Source: Savitreella phatthalungensis
Taxonomy: Eukaryota
Direction: 5' to 3'
Assembly (NCBI GenBank): GCA_051599415.1
Contig: AP039708.1
Span: forward strand, 1-64,000
Length of the DNA stretch: 64,000 bases
How positions within the stretch are numbered: position 1 is the stretch's first letter; each line of letters starts with the position of its first letter. The notes under the pieces were generated by a model. It searched no databases and had not been told where the DNA came from. It was given only the letters and a program-made list of their open reading frames with translations. Positions 17,105 through 27,721 of the stretch are shown piece after piece. A program made the translations under genes and the position numbers.

Positions 17105-18493
17105 ATGAGCAACGGTGCCTCACTACATGGGAAATCACTTTCGCTTTCCGTACCGAGTCCGACGAAGGGTCACAAACATCGAAGATCTGCCGCAATCTCT
17201 TTTGATTGGCGTAATGTGCAGCTCCAGGAGGCCGACACGACAAAAATGGCGACGACAGCTTCCCCAACATTGACATTTGCCTCGACAGCAAGCGAGAGCA
17301 GTCTGGGAGGTCAAAGCACGAGCTTATGTTCACGAATGTCAATGCCGATTGCTGCAGTATTTGCCTCGTCTGACTCTGTAGACTCGGCCGAGGACGGCTC
17401 GCGCGCGAGCTCCGCGACAACACTGAAGCCGCGCTCCAGAGTGACGTTCTCAGATGAATTACAGGAAATACCTAGGGGTGAGGAGGGAGATACATGGATG
17501 AAGCCGGAGGACTACAGCTGGCCAATTGCCGAGAAAAGCTCGCGCGATGATGTCGACGATGCGGAAGCTGTGCCAGCAGTCATTACGCTGCAAGCGCTGG
17601 AGCCGGCCCAAGAGCTGGCAGCACCGCTTGCAGAGCGCACAGTGCCTGGCTCACCGGTTCTTCACAAGCACCGGCGTAAACGGTCCTCGTTCCTTCAAAC
17701 GACGAAGAACGTGCTCTCACGCAAGGGCACAAAAGGTCGTGCCTCTTCGCCAGTACTGCCTATGACAATGACAACACTGATGCCGAATTTGCCTCCGCCA
17801 AAATCGAGCATGATCGATCTCGACCGCGCAATGAGTCCAGACCTTGCACTCGCCTTGCCACCGACTGTGCGGCACAAGAAGTCCGGCTCTTTGTACAACC
17901 TGCCGCCTTCACCGATCAAGCTTAGGTCGAAAAGCACTGGCAGCGATAAAATACATAAGCGCGCGGACAGCGCGCCTGCCGACATTTTCTTCAGCTTCTC
18001 CCCACGGCCGATGTCGCCGGACACGCGCAAACGCAAAATGTCCGCAATCTCCGAAGTCCCTTCGTCCCCCGCCACCTCGTCGCTTCACATAGCTCGCCCC
18101 AGCACCGCCCCGTGTTCTCATAGGCTCTCGCTTGCCTTGCAGGCTCACGAGCTCGATCAGATTACGTCTCTCGTGGCGAGTCCGGTCATGTCGCGACAAC
18201 AATCCGGTCACGGTTTCGACGGCGTAGGGATCGACATGCGCTTCTACGATGCGAATGATGAAATGATACCCGGCGAGCCCGGGGATATGCTTCGAGACGA
18301 ATCCTACGATGCGTCCCCGGCACTCGCGGCCCTGCGTGCCCTCGAGGATTCACGACTGTCATCATCAGGGGCCATGAGCGCCAGCATGGACAGCGGAAAC
18401 AGCCGTGCATCCACCACAGACAGCATAAAGACTAAAGATTGTTCCCGGCGCACCGGCTGGAAGAGTGTTCTGCATCGACTCCTCCGTCCGTAG
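17105..18493 (+). CDS. Ser/Pro-rich low-complexity fungal protein of unknown function
   Basis: Long ORF, first ATG at 17105; motifs HKHRRSAAIS and HKRADSAP; CT-rich leader at 16880-16950. Confidence 0.7.
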   Translation: MSNGASLHGKSLSLSVPSPTKGHKHRRSAAISFDWRNVQLQEADTTKMATTASPTLTFASTASESSLGGQSTSLCSRMSMPIAAVFASSDSVDSAEDGSRASSATTLKPRSRVTFSDELQEIPRGEEGDTWMKPEDYSWPIAEKSSRDDVDDAEAVPAVITLQALEPAQELAAPLAERTVPGSPVLHKHRRKRSSFLQTTKNVLSRKGTKGRASSPVLPMTMTTLMPNLPPPKSSMIDLDRAMSPDLALALPPTVRHKKSGSLYNLPPSPIKLRSKSTGSDKIHKRADSAPADIFFSFSPRPMSPDTRKRKMSAISEVPSSPATSSLHIARPSTAPCSHRLSLALQAHELDQITSLVASPVMSRQQSGHGFDGVGIDMRFYDANDEMIPGEPGDMLRDESYDASPALAALRALEDSRLSSSGAMSASMDSGNSRASTTDSIKTKDCSRRTGWKSVLHRLLRP

Positions 18494-18557
18494 CTTCCGA
18501 ATTGACGACTTATGACATTAGAAAAGCTTTCTTCATTCTCGAAAGACATGCTCTATA

Positions 18558-20054
18558 TTATGATTTCATAACTTCCTTGACAACGCGTTCGAGTTCTTCT
18601 AAATCATCTGTCGGCACACGCGTCATTGGCCGTTGAAGGTAGTCTTGAATTGCCTTCATCTCCTCGAAAGACCGCTTGTCGTGCACAAAATTGACGCTGA
18701 CACCAAGTCGGCCAAATCTGCCTGTCCGCCCGATACGATGCAGATAAGTTTCTGGATCTGGTTTCCCTTCGGCGTCAGTAGGCATGTCGTAATTGACAAC
18801 CATATTCACCTGGAGAACGTCAATGCCTCTAGCGATGACGTTCGTCGTGATCAACACCTTCTTGCGACCTGTTCTGAAGTCATCCATGATCGTATCGCGC
18901 TCGCCACCGTCTTTCGCGCCATGCAGTGAGACGACCTGGTGGCCGTCGTCAGTCATACGCTTGGCGACCCGATCGGCGGTGTCTCGTCTCCGGACAAAGA
19001 TGATCGACTGCCCAATTGTGAGAATGCCGTACAGATCGCACAAGATATCGTACTTTGATTCTTCCGTAGGACAGTCCATATACAACTGCTTGATGCCATC
19101 GACGGAGAGCTCTTCCGTCTTCAAGCGTATCTCGTTGGCCGAGGGAGCGAACTTACCGGCGAAGCCTTCCACTTCGGCGGGGAAAGTTGCAGAGAACAGG
19201 ACAATCTGGGTTGTCTTCGGGCAAAGCGACTTGATCTTAAGCGATTGCGACCCGAGGCCTTGCTTATCAAGCATATTATCTGCCTCATCGAGCACCAGTA
19301 CCTGGATGTCCTTCGTAGAAAGCGATCCACGCTTTACGATATCCATAACAGTGCCAGGAGTGCCGACGACGATGTGCGCGTCTATTTTGGCGCCTCTCTC
19401 GATTGTGTCTTTCAGCGCCATGGCCGTCTTTACCTGCGTGTACTTACCCATCTCGACCACAACGTCCATGATCTGGCGGGCGAGTTCGCGGGATGGCGCA
19501 ATGCAAAGTGCTTGTACGCCAGTCTTCGTCGGATCCACACGCGAGAGCATCGTCAGCGCAAAGGCAGCTGTCTTTCCCGTGCCGGACTGTGACTGACCGA
19601 TCATGTTGCGAGGCGGATTCGCCAGGAGCAGGGGCAAAGCACGCTCCTGAATTTTCGACGGCTTTTGAAAGCGCATGGCATACAGTCCTTTCAGGAGTGT
19701 ATCGTGTAGAGGAAGATCTTCGAACGATTTCGCTGAGTACAGAGGTGATTCTGGGTCGGCTTGAAGATCGGCAAGTTTCACACGGACTTCGTTCGTCGTC
19801 TTTATCAAGTTATCGTGGTCCTGAGTCGCTTTATTAGACACGGCAGCGATTTTGGCCGGACTTATAGCATTGGTTGCGCCAGGAACGAACGCTTTGGCGG
19901 TCGCACTCGGGCCCAATCGATCTTTGAGCGTTGTTTGATCAACTTTTCTCTCCAATCTGTTGACTTCCTTGTCTGACAGGCTGTCGTCCTCATCGTCATC
20001 GTCAGCCCAGCTTCGCATTGTGCCGCTCGTTGTGGGTCGAAGCGGATCGGTCAT
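18558..20054 (-). CDS. DBP5: DEAD-box RNA helicase Dbp5 (mRNA export)
   Basis: SPLYSAKSFEDL, PSKIQERALPLLL, QSQSGTGKT, DEADNML, SAT, YLHRIGRTGRFG. Confidence 0.96.
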   Translation of the reverse strand: MTDPLRPTTSGTMRSWADDDDEDDSLSDKEVNRLERKVDQTTLKDRLGPSATAKAFVPGATNAISPAKIAAVSNKATQDHDNLIKTTNEVRVKLADLQADPESPLYSAKSFEDLPLHDTLLKGLYAMRFQKPSKIQERALPLLLANPPRNMIGQSQSGTGKTAAFALTMLSRVDPTKTGVQALCIAPSRELARQIMDVVVEMGKYTQVKTAMALKDTIERGAKIDAHIVVGTPGTVMDIVKRGSLSTKDIQVLVLDEADNMLDKQGLGSQSLKIKSLCPKTTQIVLFSATFPAEVEGFAGKFAPSANEIRLKTEELSVDGIKQLYMDCPTEESKYDILCDLYGILTIGQSIIFVRRRDTADRVAKRMTDDGHQVVSLHGAKDGGERDTIMDDFRTGRKKVLITTNVIARGIDVLQVNMVVNYDMPTDAEGKPDPETYLHRIGRTGRFGRLGVSVNFVHDKRSFEEMKAIQDYLQRPMTRVPTDDLEELERVVKEVMKS

Positions 20055-20425
20055 GGACTTTGAGAGGAGCACTCGGTTGCAATAGCGATAGGCAACGCAG
20101 TTAATCTATATCACCCGTGACGGTAGGAGGGCTCGGGTCTGTCCTTTGTATATGTCCCACAGACGCTATACAATGCTTCACTTCAACTCGACAACAGACT
20201 TTCTACGTTCTTGATTTCTTGATTGATTCACTTCCAAATTGCACATTTATTTCCATGCACGCGCAAATCAAGAGGCACTTTGCCATACACAGTGCTATAC
20301 GATAGCGCTGGCACTAGCACCATAATCGAAGCAAAGCCACATGTGGCTGAATTGCATGATTTCGAGCACCCTGGGGCGGCTGGAGATGGAGCTGGAGCAC
20401 GAGCACGAGCACGAGCATTCACTTC

Positions 20426-20773
20426 ATGTCAAGTACTGAGAAAGACAAGATGATGTCACAGACAGTCGTCATGTTGCGAACATCGAGCAAAGTATTCAGG
20501 GCGGCCGGTAGCCGCGGTTTTGCGGTCAAAGACCCATTTCCGAAGCAGAAGGATAGTTCCCAGGGTCATGCAACAAGCAAAAAGGAAACGGACTTAGGAG
20601 GACAAGGACTTGACAACCAGAGTGATCAGGTGATGAGGGGCAAAGCCGACCGGAAGGAGGCGCAAGACACAATTCCGACAGGCCGCAAGCAGAGCCCTGA
20701 GGACAGTACAAAGGCTCCCGGACCAGTAATTGGCATGCAGGATGAGCGTGGCGGTATCGAGCCATCTGGTTAG
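20426..20773 (+). CDS. Small hydrophilic fungal hypothetical protein, possibly mitochondrial
   Basis: 115 aa; presequence-like basic N-terminal region; C-terminal KAPGPVIGMQDERG motif. Confidence 0.62.
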   Translation: MSSTEKDKMMSQTVVMLRTSSKVFRAAGSRGFAVKDPFPKQKDSSQGHATSKKETDLGGQGLDNQSDQVMRGKADRKEAQDTIPTGRKQSPEDSTKAPGPVIGMQDERGGIEPSG

Positions 20774-20793
20774 ATTTGTACTTCATCGAAGCT

Positions 20794-21987
20794 TCATATG
20801 AGTATTTGTGGCGTAAGCATATCAAGGACTGCCCTTCCACGGCTTGTCGCCCGAAGCATTTTGGTTCCTCGGATTGCTGTGCGCCATTCCAGCGGCACAG
20901 ACCGCAGGGTGGTCTCGGACAAAGGTTCTTGCGTGACTAAACCACTGTCGCACATGAGCCTGATAACTTCAGGATCGAGGTATCTGCCGAAATGATCGTA
21001 AGGGACGCCCCATATCGTCCTGAGTCCGACGGCTATACGCTCATGAGCAAACTCTTCATCTGACAAGTTATCAATCTTCGCCATGCCATGACCGTGCTGT
21101 TGGACATTCGAGACCCAAAGCCTGGGCTCTGCGATGTTTCGCGTTCGATGTAGTCCCTCGATCGTATGACGGCCATGAGCACCAGGCCCTATTCCGAGAA
21201 GATCTTCGCCGAGCCAAAATGCTGAGTTATGTAGCGACTCATGCCCAGGAACCGCGAAGGAAGAAACCTCGTAGCCAACGAGGCCTGCCTGCGTCATGGC
21301 CCGAGTAGCCAGATCATACTGGTCAGCAATCGTGTCGCTGTCAGGCAGCGCTAACTCTTTGCGCGCGATAGCTCGCGCTAAAGGAGTACCGCGCTCTACA
21401 GTCAACTCATACAGTGAGATGTGTCCGCCTACTTGAGCATACGAAACAGCTGCGGTTATCTCTCGATCCCAAGCGGCTAGACTCTCGCCCGGGTTAGCAA
21501 ACATGAGATCGAAAGAGAATCCATGTCGTAGAAGGTGTCGATTAGCAACCAATCGATCAAGCGCCTTGAGAGCGATCGAGACATCGTGGTCGCGATTATA
21601 GACTCTCAGCCTGTCCGAATTTGTGAGCGATTGCACACCGAGACTGAGCCTTGTAACACCATTCTCTGCGAGGTCGCGGATGTTTGGCAGCGAATTCGGA
21701 TTCGCCTCCAGCGTCACTTCAGTCGCCGCTTTAACCTCACAGCCCAGTCTACTGAGTTCTGTCAAAATTTCCGGAACGAGTTGCGGGAAGAGCGATGGGG
21801 TTCCGCCGCCGAAATAGACACTGCGTATCTGCTGACCAGACTGTATAGCGCGTTTGAGCTCGACCTTATACGCATCGAGGAGTACATCATGATCATCTCT
21901 TACCCGATACTTGTTGAACGCGCAAAAGCTACAAAGCTTAGCACAGTACGGATAGTGGACATAAATGGACTTTGCAGCTCTCTGCAT
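20794..21987 (-). CDS. RSAD1: HemN-like radical SAM protein (HemW/RSAD1 heme chaperone)
   Basis: YVHYPYCAKLCSFCAF (CX3CX2C), VYFGGGTPS, EVTLEANP, RLSLGVQS, YEVSSFA..HN, GIGPGAHG. Confidence 0.88.
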   Translation of the reverse strand: MQRAAKSIYVHYPYCAKLCSFCAFNKYRVRDDHDVLLDAYKVELKRAIQSGQQIRSVYFGGGTPSLFPQLVPEILTELSRLGCEVKAATEVTLEANPNSLPNIRDLAENGVTRLSLGVQSLTNSDRLRVYNRDHDVSIALKALDRLVANRHLLRHGFSFDLMFANPGESLAAWDREITAAVSYAQVGGHISLYELTVERGTPLARAIARKELALPDSDTIADQYDLATRAMTQAGLVGYEVSSFAVPGHESLHNSAFWLGEDLLGIGPGAHGRHTIEGLHRTRNIAEPRLWVSNVQQHGHGMAKIDNLSDEEFAHERIAVGLRTIWGVPYDHFGRYLDPEVIRLMCDSGLVTQEPLSETTLRSVPLEWRTAIRGTKMLRATSRGRAVLDMLTPQILI

Positions 21988-22256
21988 GACACCAAGCCTG
22001 GCGGCACGTCAGTCACATGTCAAAAATCCAATCCTCCGCAGCCCTTTTATTTCTCCTTTGATTGCACATGTAAATTTGTATATGCATTTTTATCGATTTG
22101 ATGCGGATTATATACGGATATATCTGCGCGTTGCGGACTCATTAAGGTGACTGGCCCCACCTCCGCATGCACATCAGAGATGACCCTCCGCTGAAATAGG
22201 ATTTAGAAAAGATCTAGATCGTCACGACCGATGTTAGCGCGGAGCGACACCTTACG

Positions 22257-23663
22257 ATGTCTATCATTCGTGTCTCGCTCGCTCTTCCCAGTCTGCTCTG
22301 GCTGCTGGTAAAGCTGAGTATCTACCTTTTGAAGAGTCTTCCTACCGCTGCTTATACCGCTTGGGTTGTTGTTTCGACATTCTCCATCTATGCGGGGTAC
22401 GACAATCGAGTACCGGCCGAGTGTGAGCGTCGCCTGCCGACACGCGGCGTACGCATAGTTCTATGTGTAGCGATGAGCGTGGCCGTCGAAGTGCCAGTCT
22501 ATATTGTCGCTTTGAAGGTTCTGATTGCAAATGCGGCGCGTTCCACGGGCGTCTTTGGCTCGCTCTTCGGAGGTCTTGTTCTTGCAGTCGATCTCGCCTC
22601 GATTGCAGTCCTGCTCGTATTGTTCAATGAAGGCTTCCATGCTGCTGAAGACATGCGCCACCAGCTGCAAGATGTCACATGGTCTGAAGATCCCACGTTC
22701 GAGACCAGAAATCTTGTACTGAAATCGCTCAGCCCGATGTTCATCGAATCGACGCCGAGGGATCTCTACAGATACTACGCCATCAGCTATCTTGGACCTG
22801 ACGACCTTCGTCGCAATTCTGTGCAGCGTCTCGTGATCTGTGACGAGGGCTTGCTTGACGTCTACTCGCTCGGTTGGTTGCCTAATGCAAATCGGCCAGT
22901 CGTAGTCTATGTCCATGGTGGTGGTTGGGATGCCGGCGATAAGAATCACAATCATACGATGCCGAAGATTCTAGCGGAGAAAGGCATGGTAGTTGTGAGC
23001 GCGAACTACAGGCTGGCTGATCGCTTCCCACAGCCAGCGGGTATACATGACGTCAAAAAAGTCCTTCTGTGGACCCGGGCTTGCATAGCATCTTTTGGCG
23101 GCGATCCATCATACATTGTCTTGGCAGGAGATTCAGCTGGGGGCCATCTGGCTCAACTGGCTGCATTGACGCCGGAAGTGGCCGAGCTGTTCGATGGCGA
23201 TGCGACGCCGCAAGACCTGGCCGTGAAGGGCACGATTTTAATCGCTCCTGCCCTCGATGTCAGAAATCATTTTGGTATTCGCGGCTATGGACGTCGTGCT
23301 GAATGGTTCGCAAAGACAGTATGCGGCAATGATGCTGCTGTGGCCAAGCTGATTGATCCGATCCAACACCTTTCGAAAGCTACGGTGGCAAAGATGCCAC
23401 CGGCACTCATCTTTCATGGCACCTTTGACACGATCGTCTCTCCGCTGGAGAGTGCGGGATTTCGTCAGCGGTGTATCGATCTTGGCGGTTCGCCGGACTT
23501 GGTGCGAATTGTCGAAGTGCTTGGCATGCACCACGCATCACATATGTTCCATTCCGTCAGAACGATCACCATGGGTCATCTAGCCGCTGATTGGGCGTTG
23601 GAAAAATGGTCGAAGGCGACCGGTGGCCTCGTCGAAGACAATGACAAGCTCGAGCCTCAGTAA
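22257..23663 (+). CDS. Membrane-anchored alpha/beta hydrolase (HSL-family esterase)
   Basis: N-terminal TM helices; HGGGW oxyanion motif, GDSAG nucleophile, HGTFD and distal His. Confidence 0.88.
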   Translation: MSIIRVSLALPSLLWLLVKLSIYLLKSLPTAAYTAWVVVSTFSIYAGYDNRVPAECERRLPTRGVRIVLCVAMSVAVEVPVYIVALKVLIANAARSTGVFGSLFGGLVLAVDLASIAVLLVLFNEGFHAAEDMRHQLQDVTWSEDPTFETRNLVLKSLSPMFIESTPRDLYRYYAISYLGPDDLRRNSVQRLVICDEGLLDVYSLGWLPNANRPVVVYVHGGGWDAGDKNHNHTMPKILAEKGMVVVSANYRLADRFPQPAGIHDVKKVLLWTRACIASFGGDPSYIVLAGDSAGGHLAQLAALTPEVAELFDGDATPQDLAVKGTILIAPALDVRNHFGIRGYGRRAEWFAKTVCGNDAAVAKLIDPIQHLSKATVAKMPPALIFHGTFDTIVSPLESAGFRQRCIDLGGSPDLVRIVEVLGMHHASHMFHSVRTITMGHLAADWALEKWSKATGGLVEDNDKLEPQ

Positions 23664-23676
23664 ATCAGTAGAATGA

Positions 23677-24768
23677 TTACTTTCGTTTTGCAGTCTCAAA
23701 AAAAGTGCGCACGTGGTCCGCCGTGACGATCTCCCCGCGCTCTGCAAGCGGTCGAAGACAGGCTGTGATATGGTCTTTGAGTGAATTGAAGGCTAATAGA
23801 GAATCGATCGCCCTATCTCTTGGCATCCGAGACAGAGTGTCCTCTAGCGCACGCTGAGCAGACGAGGATGTGGCTGCTGATGCGCTTACAGTGCTACCGC
23901 GTTGAGCATTGCTAGAGTGCTCTTCACTGTCCGAGCCCGCAATTGAGACGTCTTCCGGCGGGTCCCAAACCTCTTCTTCCTGCAGAAGGAATGTCTTCTC
24001 AGCGATGCGCTTCTCCATACAATCCTCGCATGAGCAAATGTGCTGCCGCCATCCCTCACGGAGGAACAGCGACCTGGAACCTTCTTCGTCCTGAAGCTGG
24101 GCCCAGCGACAGCAGATCTCAGATCTGATGCGCTTGGTCAGCGGTTCATAAGGCTCGCCCGTAGCTGAGATCTTATCATCAGATCTATAGCGCCGGAGCC
24201 ATGGACTCGTCTCCGTGCAGCTGCGGCACAGGAACTCGTCGAACTGTTCCTCTTCCGGCAGCATCTCTTCTTTGGCAATGCACCTGTCATGAAACCAGTC
24301 CTCACAGTTGATGCACTGGTACATGGTTCCTGTCTCCTGCTGTGGAACATATGGCTCGTTGCACCAGCAGAACTTGTCCTCAAAATTGTGGTTGTAGCGA
24401 TTGTCACGGTTCGCGGGTCTTCGACCGGGCTCGAAGCCCTCCAAAACACCTCCCGACGGCCCAATCGCCAGAACACAAGGTAGATTCCCGCATCGAGATG
24501 TTCCACAATCACAGCGAAAGTTGCGCTTATTGAAGAGCTCAACCAGGGTGTGTTCGCCGTGACAGCTGATCGAGCAAGAGTAGCATATGCCGCCGCGCTG
24601 ACGTTCCCCGCTTTCCGGAGCGCAAGTCAGGCAACTGAACACTTGCTGCTTGAGCGCCCCAAGATCGTAGGAGCATACACTAAACTCGTATGGAAAAAGC
24701 TCTCTTGCTTCCTGCTCTAGCTTGTCCTGATTTTCAATATACTCTTGCAGACTCGAGGGCACGTCCAT
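23677..24768 (-). CDS. mlo2: UBR-box + PHD protein (UBR7/Mlo2)
   Basis: CSYDLG..Q.VFSCLTC, GICYSCSISCHGEH.LVELFNKRNFRCDCG, NHNF..KFCWC, QC..CEDWFH. Confidence 0.92.
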   Translation of the reverse strand: MDVPSSLQEYIENQDKLEQEARELFPYEFSVCSYDLGALKQQVFSCLTCAPESGERQRGGICYSCSISCHGEHTLVELFNKRNFRCDCGTSRCGNLPCVLAIGPSGGVLEGFEPGRRPANRDNRYNHNFEDKFCWCNEPYVPQQETGTMYQCINCEDWFHDRCIAKEEMLPEEEQFDEFLCRSCTETSPWLRRYRSDDKISATGEPYEPLTKRIRSEICCRWAQLQDEEGSRSLFLREGWRQHICSCEDCMEKRIAEKTFLLQEEEVWDPPEDVSIAGSDSEEHSSNAQRGSTVSASAATSSSAQRALEDTLSRMPRDRAIDSLLAFNSLKDHITACLRPLAERGEIVTADHVRTFFETAKRK

Positions 24769-25022
24769 GAAGTCGTCCGAGATCGATGATCATGTCAATG
24801 ATGACAAGCAAGACAAATGAAATTTGGCTTGGGAGCGAGTCCAGAGTGGACCCCGCATACATGCGCGTGCATCCATGCCTCACATATATTTGTATGCAAG
24901 TATTTGTGTATACATATATATGTGCACATATTACATCGTGATCAGGCATCATATATATATATCGAACTATATAGGTGTAAGATAATTCGTGTCGAGTAGT
25001 AATCACGAATTATGCGATAAAG

Positions 25023-25028
25023 ACGCGT
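25023..25028. promoter_or_regulatory. MCB (MluI cell-cycle box) ACGCGT upstream of MCM2
   Basis: Exact ACGCGT about 85 nt before the ATG of a replication-licensing gene; single site. Confidence 0.5.
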
Positions 25029-25108
25029 CGCAATTCTCATCCACCCCAAAAGGGCTCTTCAGACAATCACTCATTTCTTCGCCTGATCGACCTCACACCT
25101 GGAATAAG

Positions 25109-27634
25109 ATGCCGCCAAAGCGCGCAAGAGATGAGCACGCAGGAAGTAATGGAGCAGGACCTGCGCCGGCTTATTCTGATGCCCTTGCATCTTCTCTGCC
25201 GCCCTCGTCACCTCCTATGCCGTTCAGTGACTTTGACGACGCCGTAGATGAAGCTTTCATCAATGATGAGATTCCTGATCTGGATGAGGCCGGAGATGAA
25301 GAATCCGACGGTGAAGATCTCTTTGGTCCCAACATGGAACGCGACTACGCTGGTCGCAATGATCAAGACGGCTATGATGCTGCTGATATCGACGATGAGG
25401 GTGACTACGAAGAGCTCTCGGCTGCCCAGCGTAGAGCCGTTGATGCAGAATTGACACGGCGCGATCGTGCACTGGCTCGCGAACAAGGACACCGGCCTGC
25501 ATTCTTGGCTGGGGACAGTGATGATGAGATGGATCTGACAACATCGCGGCGACGCAGACGGCATCAGTACGATGAAGATCCTGATGACCTCGATGGCAAT
25601 ATGCTTGATGATGAAATGTCTGCTGAGGCAATTGCTGACATGAAGGCAGACTCGATCGCCGAATGGGTCACTGTCGACAATGTGCGGCGCGCGATCGCTA
25701 GAGAGTTCAAGAAGTTTCTGCTGGAGTACACTGACGAGAATGGCATTTCGGTGTATGGAAACCGGATTCGTACGCTTGGCGAGGTCAATAGCGAGTCGCT
25801 TGAGGTCTCCTATGCACATCTAGCTGAGTCGAAGGGCACGCTTGCTTATTTTCTTGCTGCCGCACCTGAAGAGATGCTCAAGATCCTCGACATTGTCGCT
25901 ATGGAAGCTACCCTTCTCTTCTATCCTGACTATGAGCGCATTCATTCAGAGGTGCATGTCCGCATCACAGATTTGCCAAAGACATTCACGCTGAGAGAGC
26001 TTCGTCAGGTCCACCTGAACGGTCTTGTCAAGGTCAGTGGTGTCGTTACCCGACGGTCTGGTGTCAATCCGCAGCTGAAGTACGTGAAATTCAACTGCGT
26101 CAAATGTGGCGAAATTCTTGGACCTTTCTACCAGGACGCAACGACGGAGACGAAGGTCAATTACTGCCAGAACTGCCAATCCAAGGGTCCATTTACCGTG
26201 AACTCGGAGAAGACCGTCTACCGCAATTTTCAGACGCTGGTCTTGCAGGAAGCACCTGGCACCGTGCCAGCCGGACGTCTTCCACGCAATCGAAAGGTTG
26301 TTCTCTTATGGGATCTTGTCGACGGTGCAAAGCCTGGAGAGGAGATCGAAGTCACAGGTATCTACAGGAATCAGTTCGATGCATCGCTTAACAACAAAAA
26401 CGGCTTCCCGGTTTTCTCAACCATCATTGAGGCCAACCACGTCAACAAGGCGCACGATCAATTCGCGGCATTCCGTTTGACTGAGCAGGATGAAAAATCA
26501 ATAAGGACATTATCGAAGGACCCACGAGTCATTGATCGCGTCATTGCCTCAATTGCACCTTCGATCTACGGGCATCGCGACATCAAGACTTCGATTGCCC
26601 TTTCGTTGTTCGGAGGACTGTCGAAAGACATCAATGGAAAGCACAGGATTCGAGGCGATATAAATGTGCTCTTGCTTGGTGATCCTGGCACAGCCAAGTC
26701 GCAGTTCCTCAAGTACGTCGAAAAAACTGCTCACCGGGCGGTTTTCACGACCGGGCAAGGCGCCAGTGCTGTTGGTCTGACGGCATCGGTGCGAAAAGAC
26801 CCTATCACGAGCGAGTGGACACTGGAAGGCGGCGCACTCGTATTAGCAGACAAGGGCACATGTATGATCGACGAGTTTGACAAGATGAACGATCAAGATC
26901 GCACCTCGATCCACGAAGCTATGGAGCAACAGAGCATCTCCGTGTCAAAAGCTGGTATCGTCACAACGCTTCAGGCTCGCTGCGCTATCATTGCCGCTGC
27001 AAACCCAATAGGTGGCCGCTACAACGCTACAATACCCTTCAGCCAGAATGTTGAACTTACAGAGCCTATTCTGTCTCGCTTCGATCTGCTCTGTGTGGTC
27101 AAAGATACAGTCGATCCAGCGATTGACGAGCGCCTCGCTAGATTTGTCGTCGGCTCGCATTTGCGCAGCCATCCGCGCTTCAACAGCAGCGTTGACCAGA
27201 CGATCGCTTCCACCAATTTACCAGCGAATATCTCCGAAGTCGAGCCCATTCCGCAGGACCTTCTGAAAAAGTACATTGTATACGCTAGGGAACACGTCCG
27301 GCCGAAGCTGCATCAAATGGATACGGATAAGGTCTCAAGGCTGTACAGTGACATGCGAAGAGAGTCGCTAAAGACCGGCTCATTCCCGATCACCGTCCGT
27401 CATCTCGAGAGCATCATCCGAACTTCCGAGGCCTTTGCAAAGATGCAGCTCTCAGAATTCGTCCGACCACGGCATATTGATGAGGCGATCCGCGTCACGA
27501 TTGAGTCTTTCGTTAACGCTAACAAGCTCTCAGTGAAAAAGTCGCTCGCCAGAGCTTTTGCGAAGTACACATTGCCAAAGACGCAGCAAGCTGTCGCGCA
27601 GCAGCAGGCCGCTCTGCAAAGTGCCGTGGCTTAG
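25109..27634 (+). CDS. MCM2: DNA replication licensing factor Mcm2
   Basis: Acidic N-tail (GEDLFG), C4 Zn finger, GDPGTAKSQ, IDEFDKM, SRFD; likely start MPPKR at 25109. Confidence 0.97.
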   Translation: MPPKRARDEHAGSNGAGPAPAYSDALASSLPPSSPPMPFSDFDDAVDEAFINDEIPDLDEAGDEESDGEDLFGPNMERDYAGRNDQDGYDAADIDDEGDYEELSAAQRRAVDAELTRRDRALAREQGHRPAFLAGDSDDEMDLTTSRRRRRHQYDEDPDDLDGNMLDDEMSAEAIADMKADSIAEWVTVDNVRRAIAREFKKFLLEYTDENGISVYGNRIRTLGEVNSESLEVSYAHLAESKGTLAYFLAAAPEEMLKILDIVAMEATLLFYPDYERIHSEVHVRITDLPKTFTLRELRQVHLNGLVKVSGVVTRRSGVNPQLKYVKFNCVKCGEILGPFYQDATTETKVNYCQNCQSKGPFTVNSEKTVYRNFQTLVLQEAPGTVPAGRLPRNRKVVLLWDLVDGAKPGEEIEVTGIYRNQFDASLNNKNGFPVFSTIIEANHVNKAHDQFAAFRLTEQDEKSIRTLSKDPRVIDRVIASIAPSIYGHRDIKTSIALSLFGGLSKDINGKHRIRGDINVLLLGDPGTAKSQFLKYVEKTAHRAVFTTGQGASAVGLTASVRKDPITSEWTLEGGALVLADKGTCMIDEFDKMNDQDRTSIHEAMEQQSISVSKAGIVTTLQARCAIIAAANPIGGRYNATIPFSQNVELTEPILSRFDLLCVVKDTVDPAIDERLARFVVGSHLRSHPRFNSSVDQTIASTNLPANISEVEPIPQDLLKKYIVYAREHVRPKLHQMDTDKVSRLYSDMRRESLKTGSFPITVRHLESIIRTSEAFAKMQLSEFVRPRHIDEAIRVTIESFVNANKLSVKKSLARAFAKYTLPKTQQAVAQQQAALQSAVA

Positions 27635-27721
27635 ATTGCTCTTCTATGCGGAATGAGTTGAAAGGCATGCGGGCATACGGCGTGTATTTAATCCTATTTT
27701 GCTTTCCCTACTTTGAGCCAC

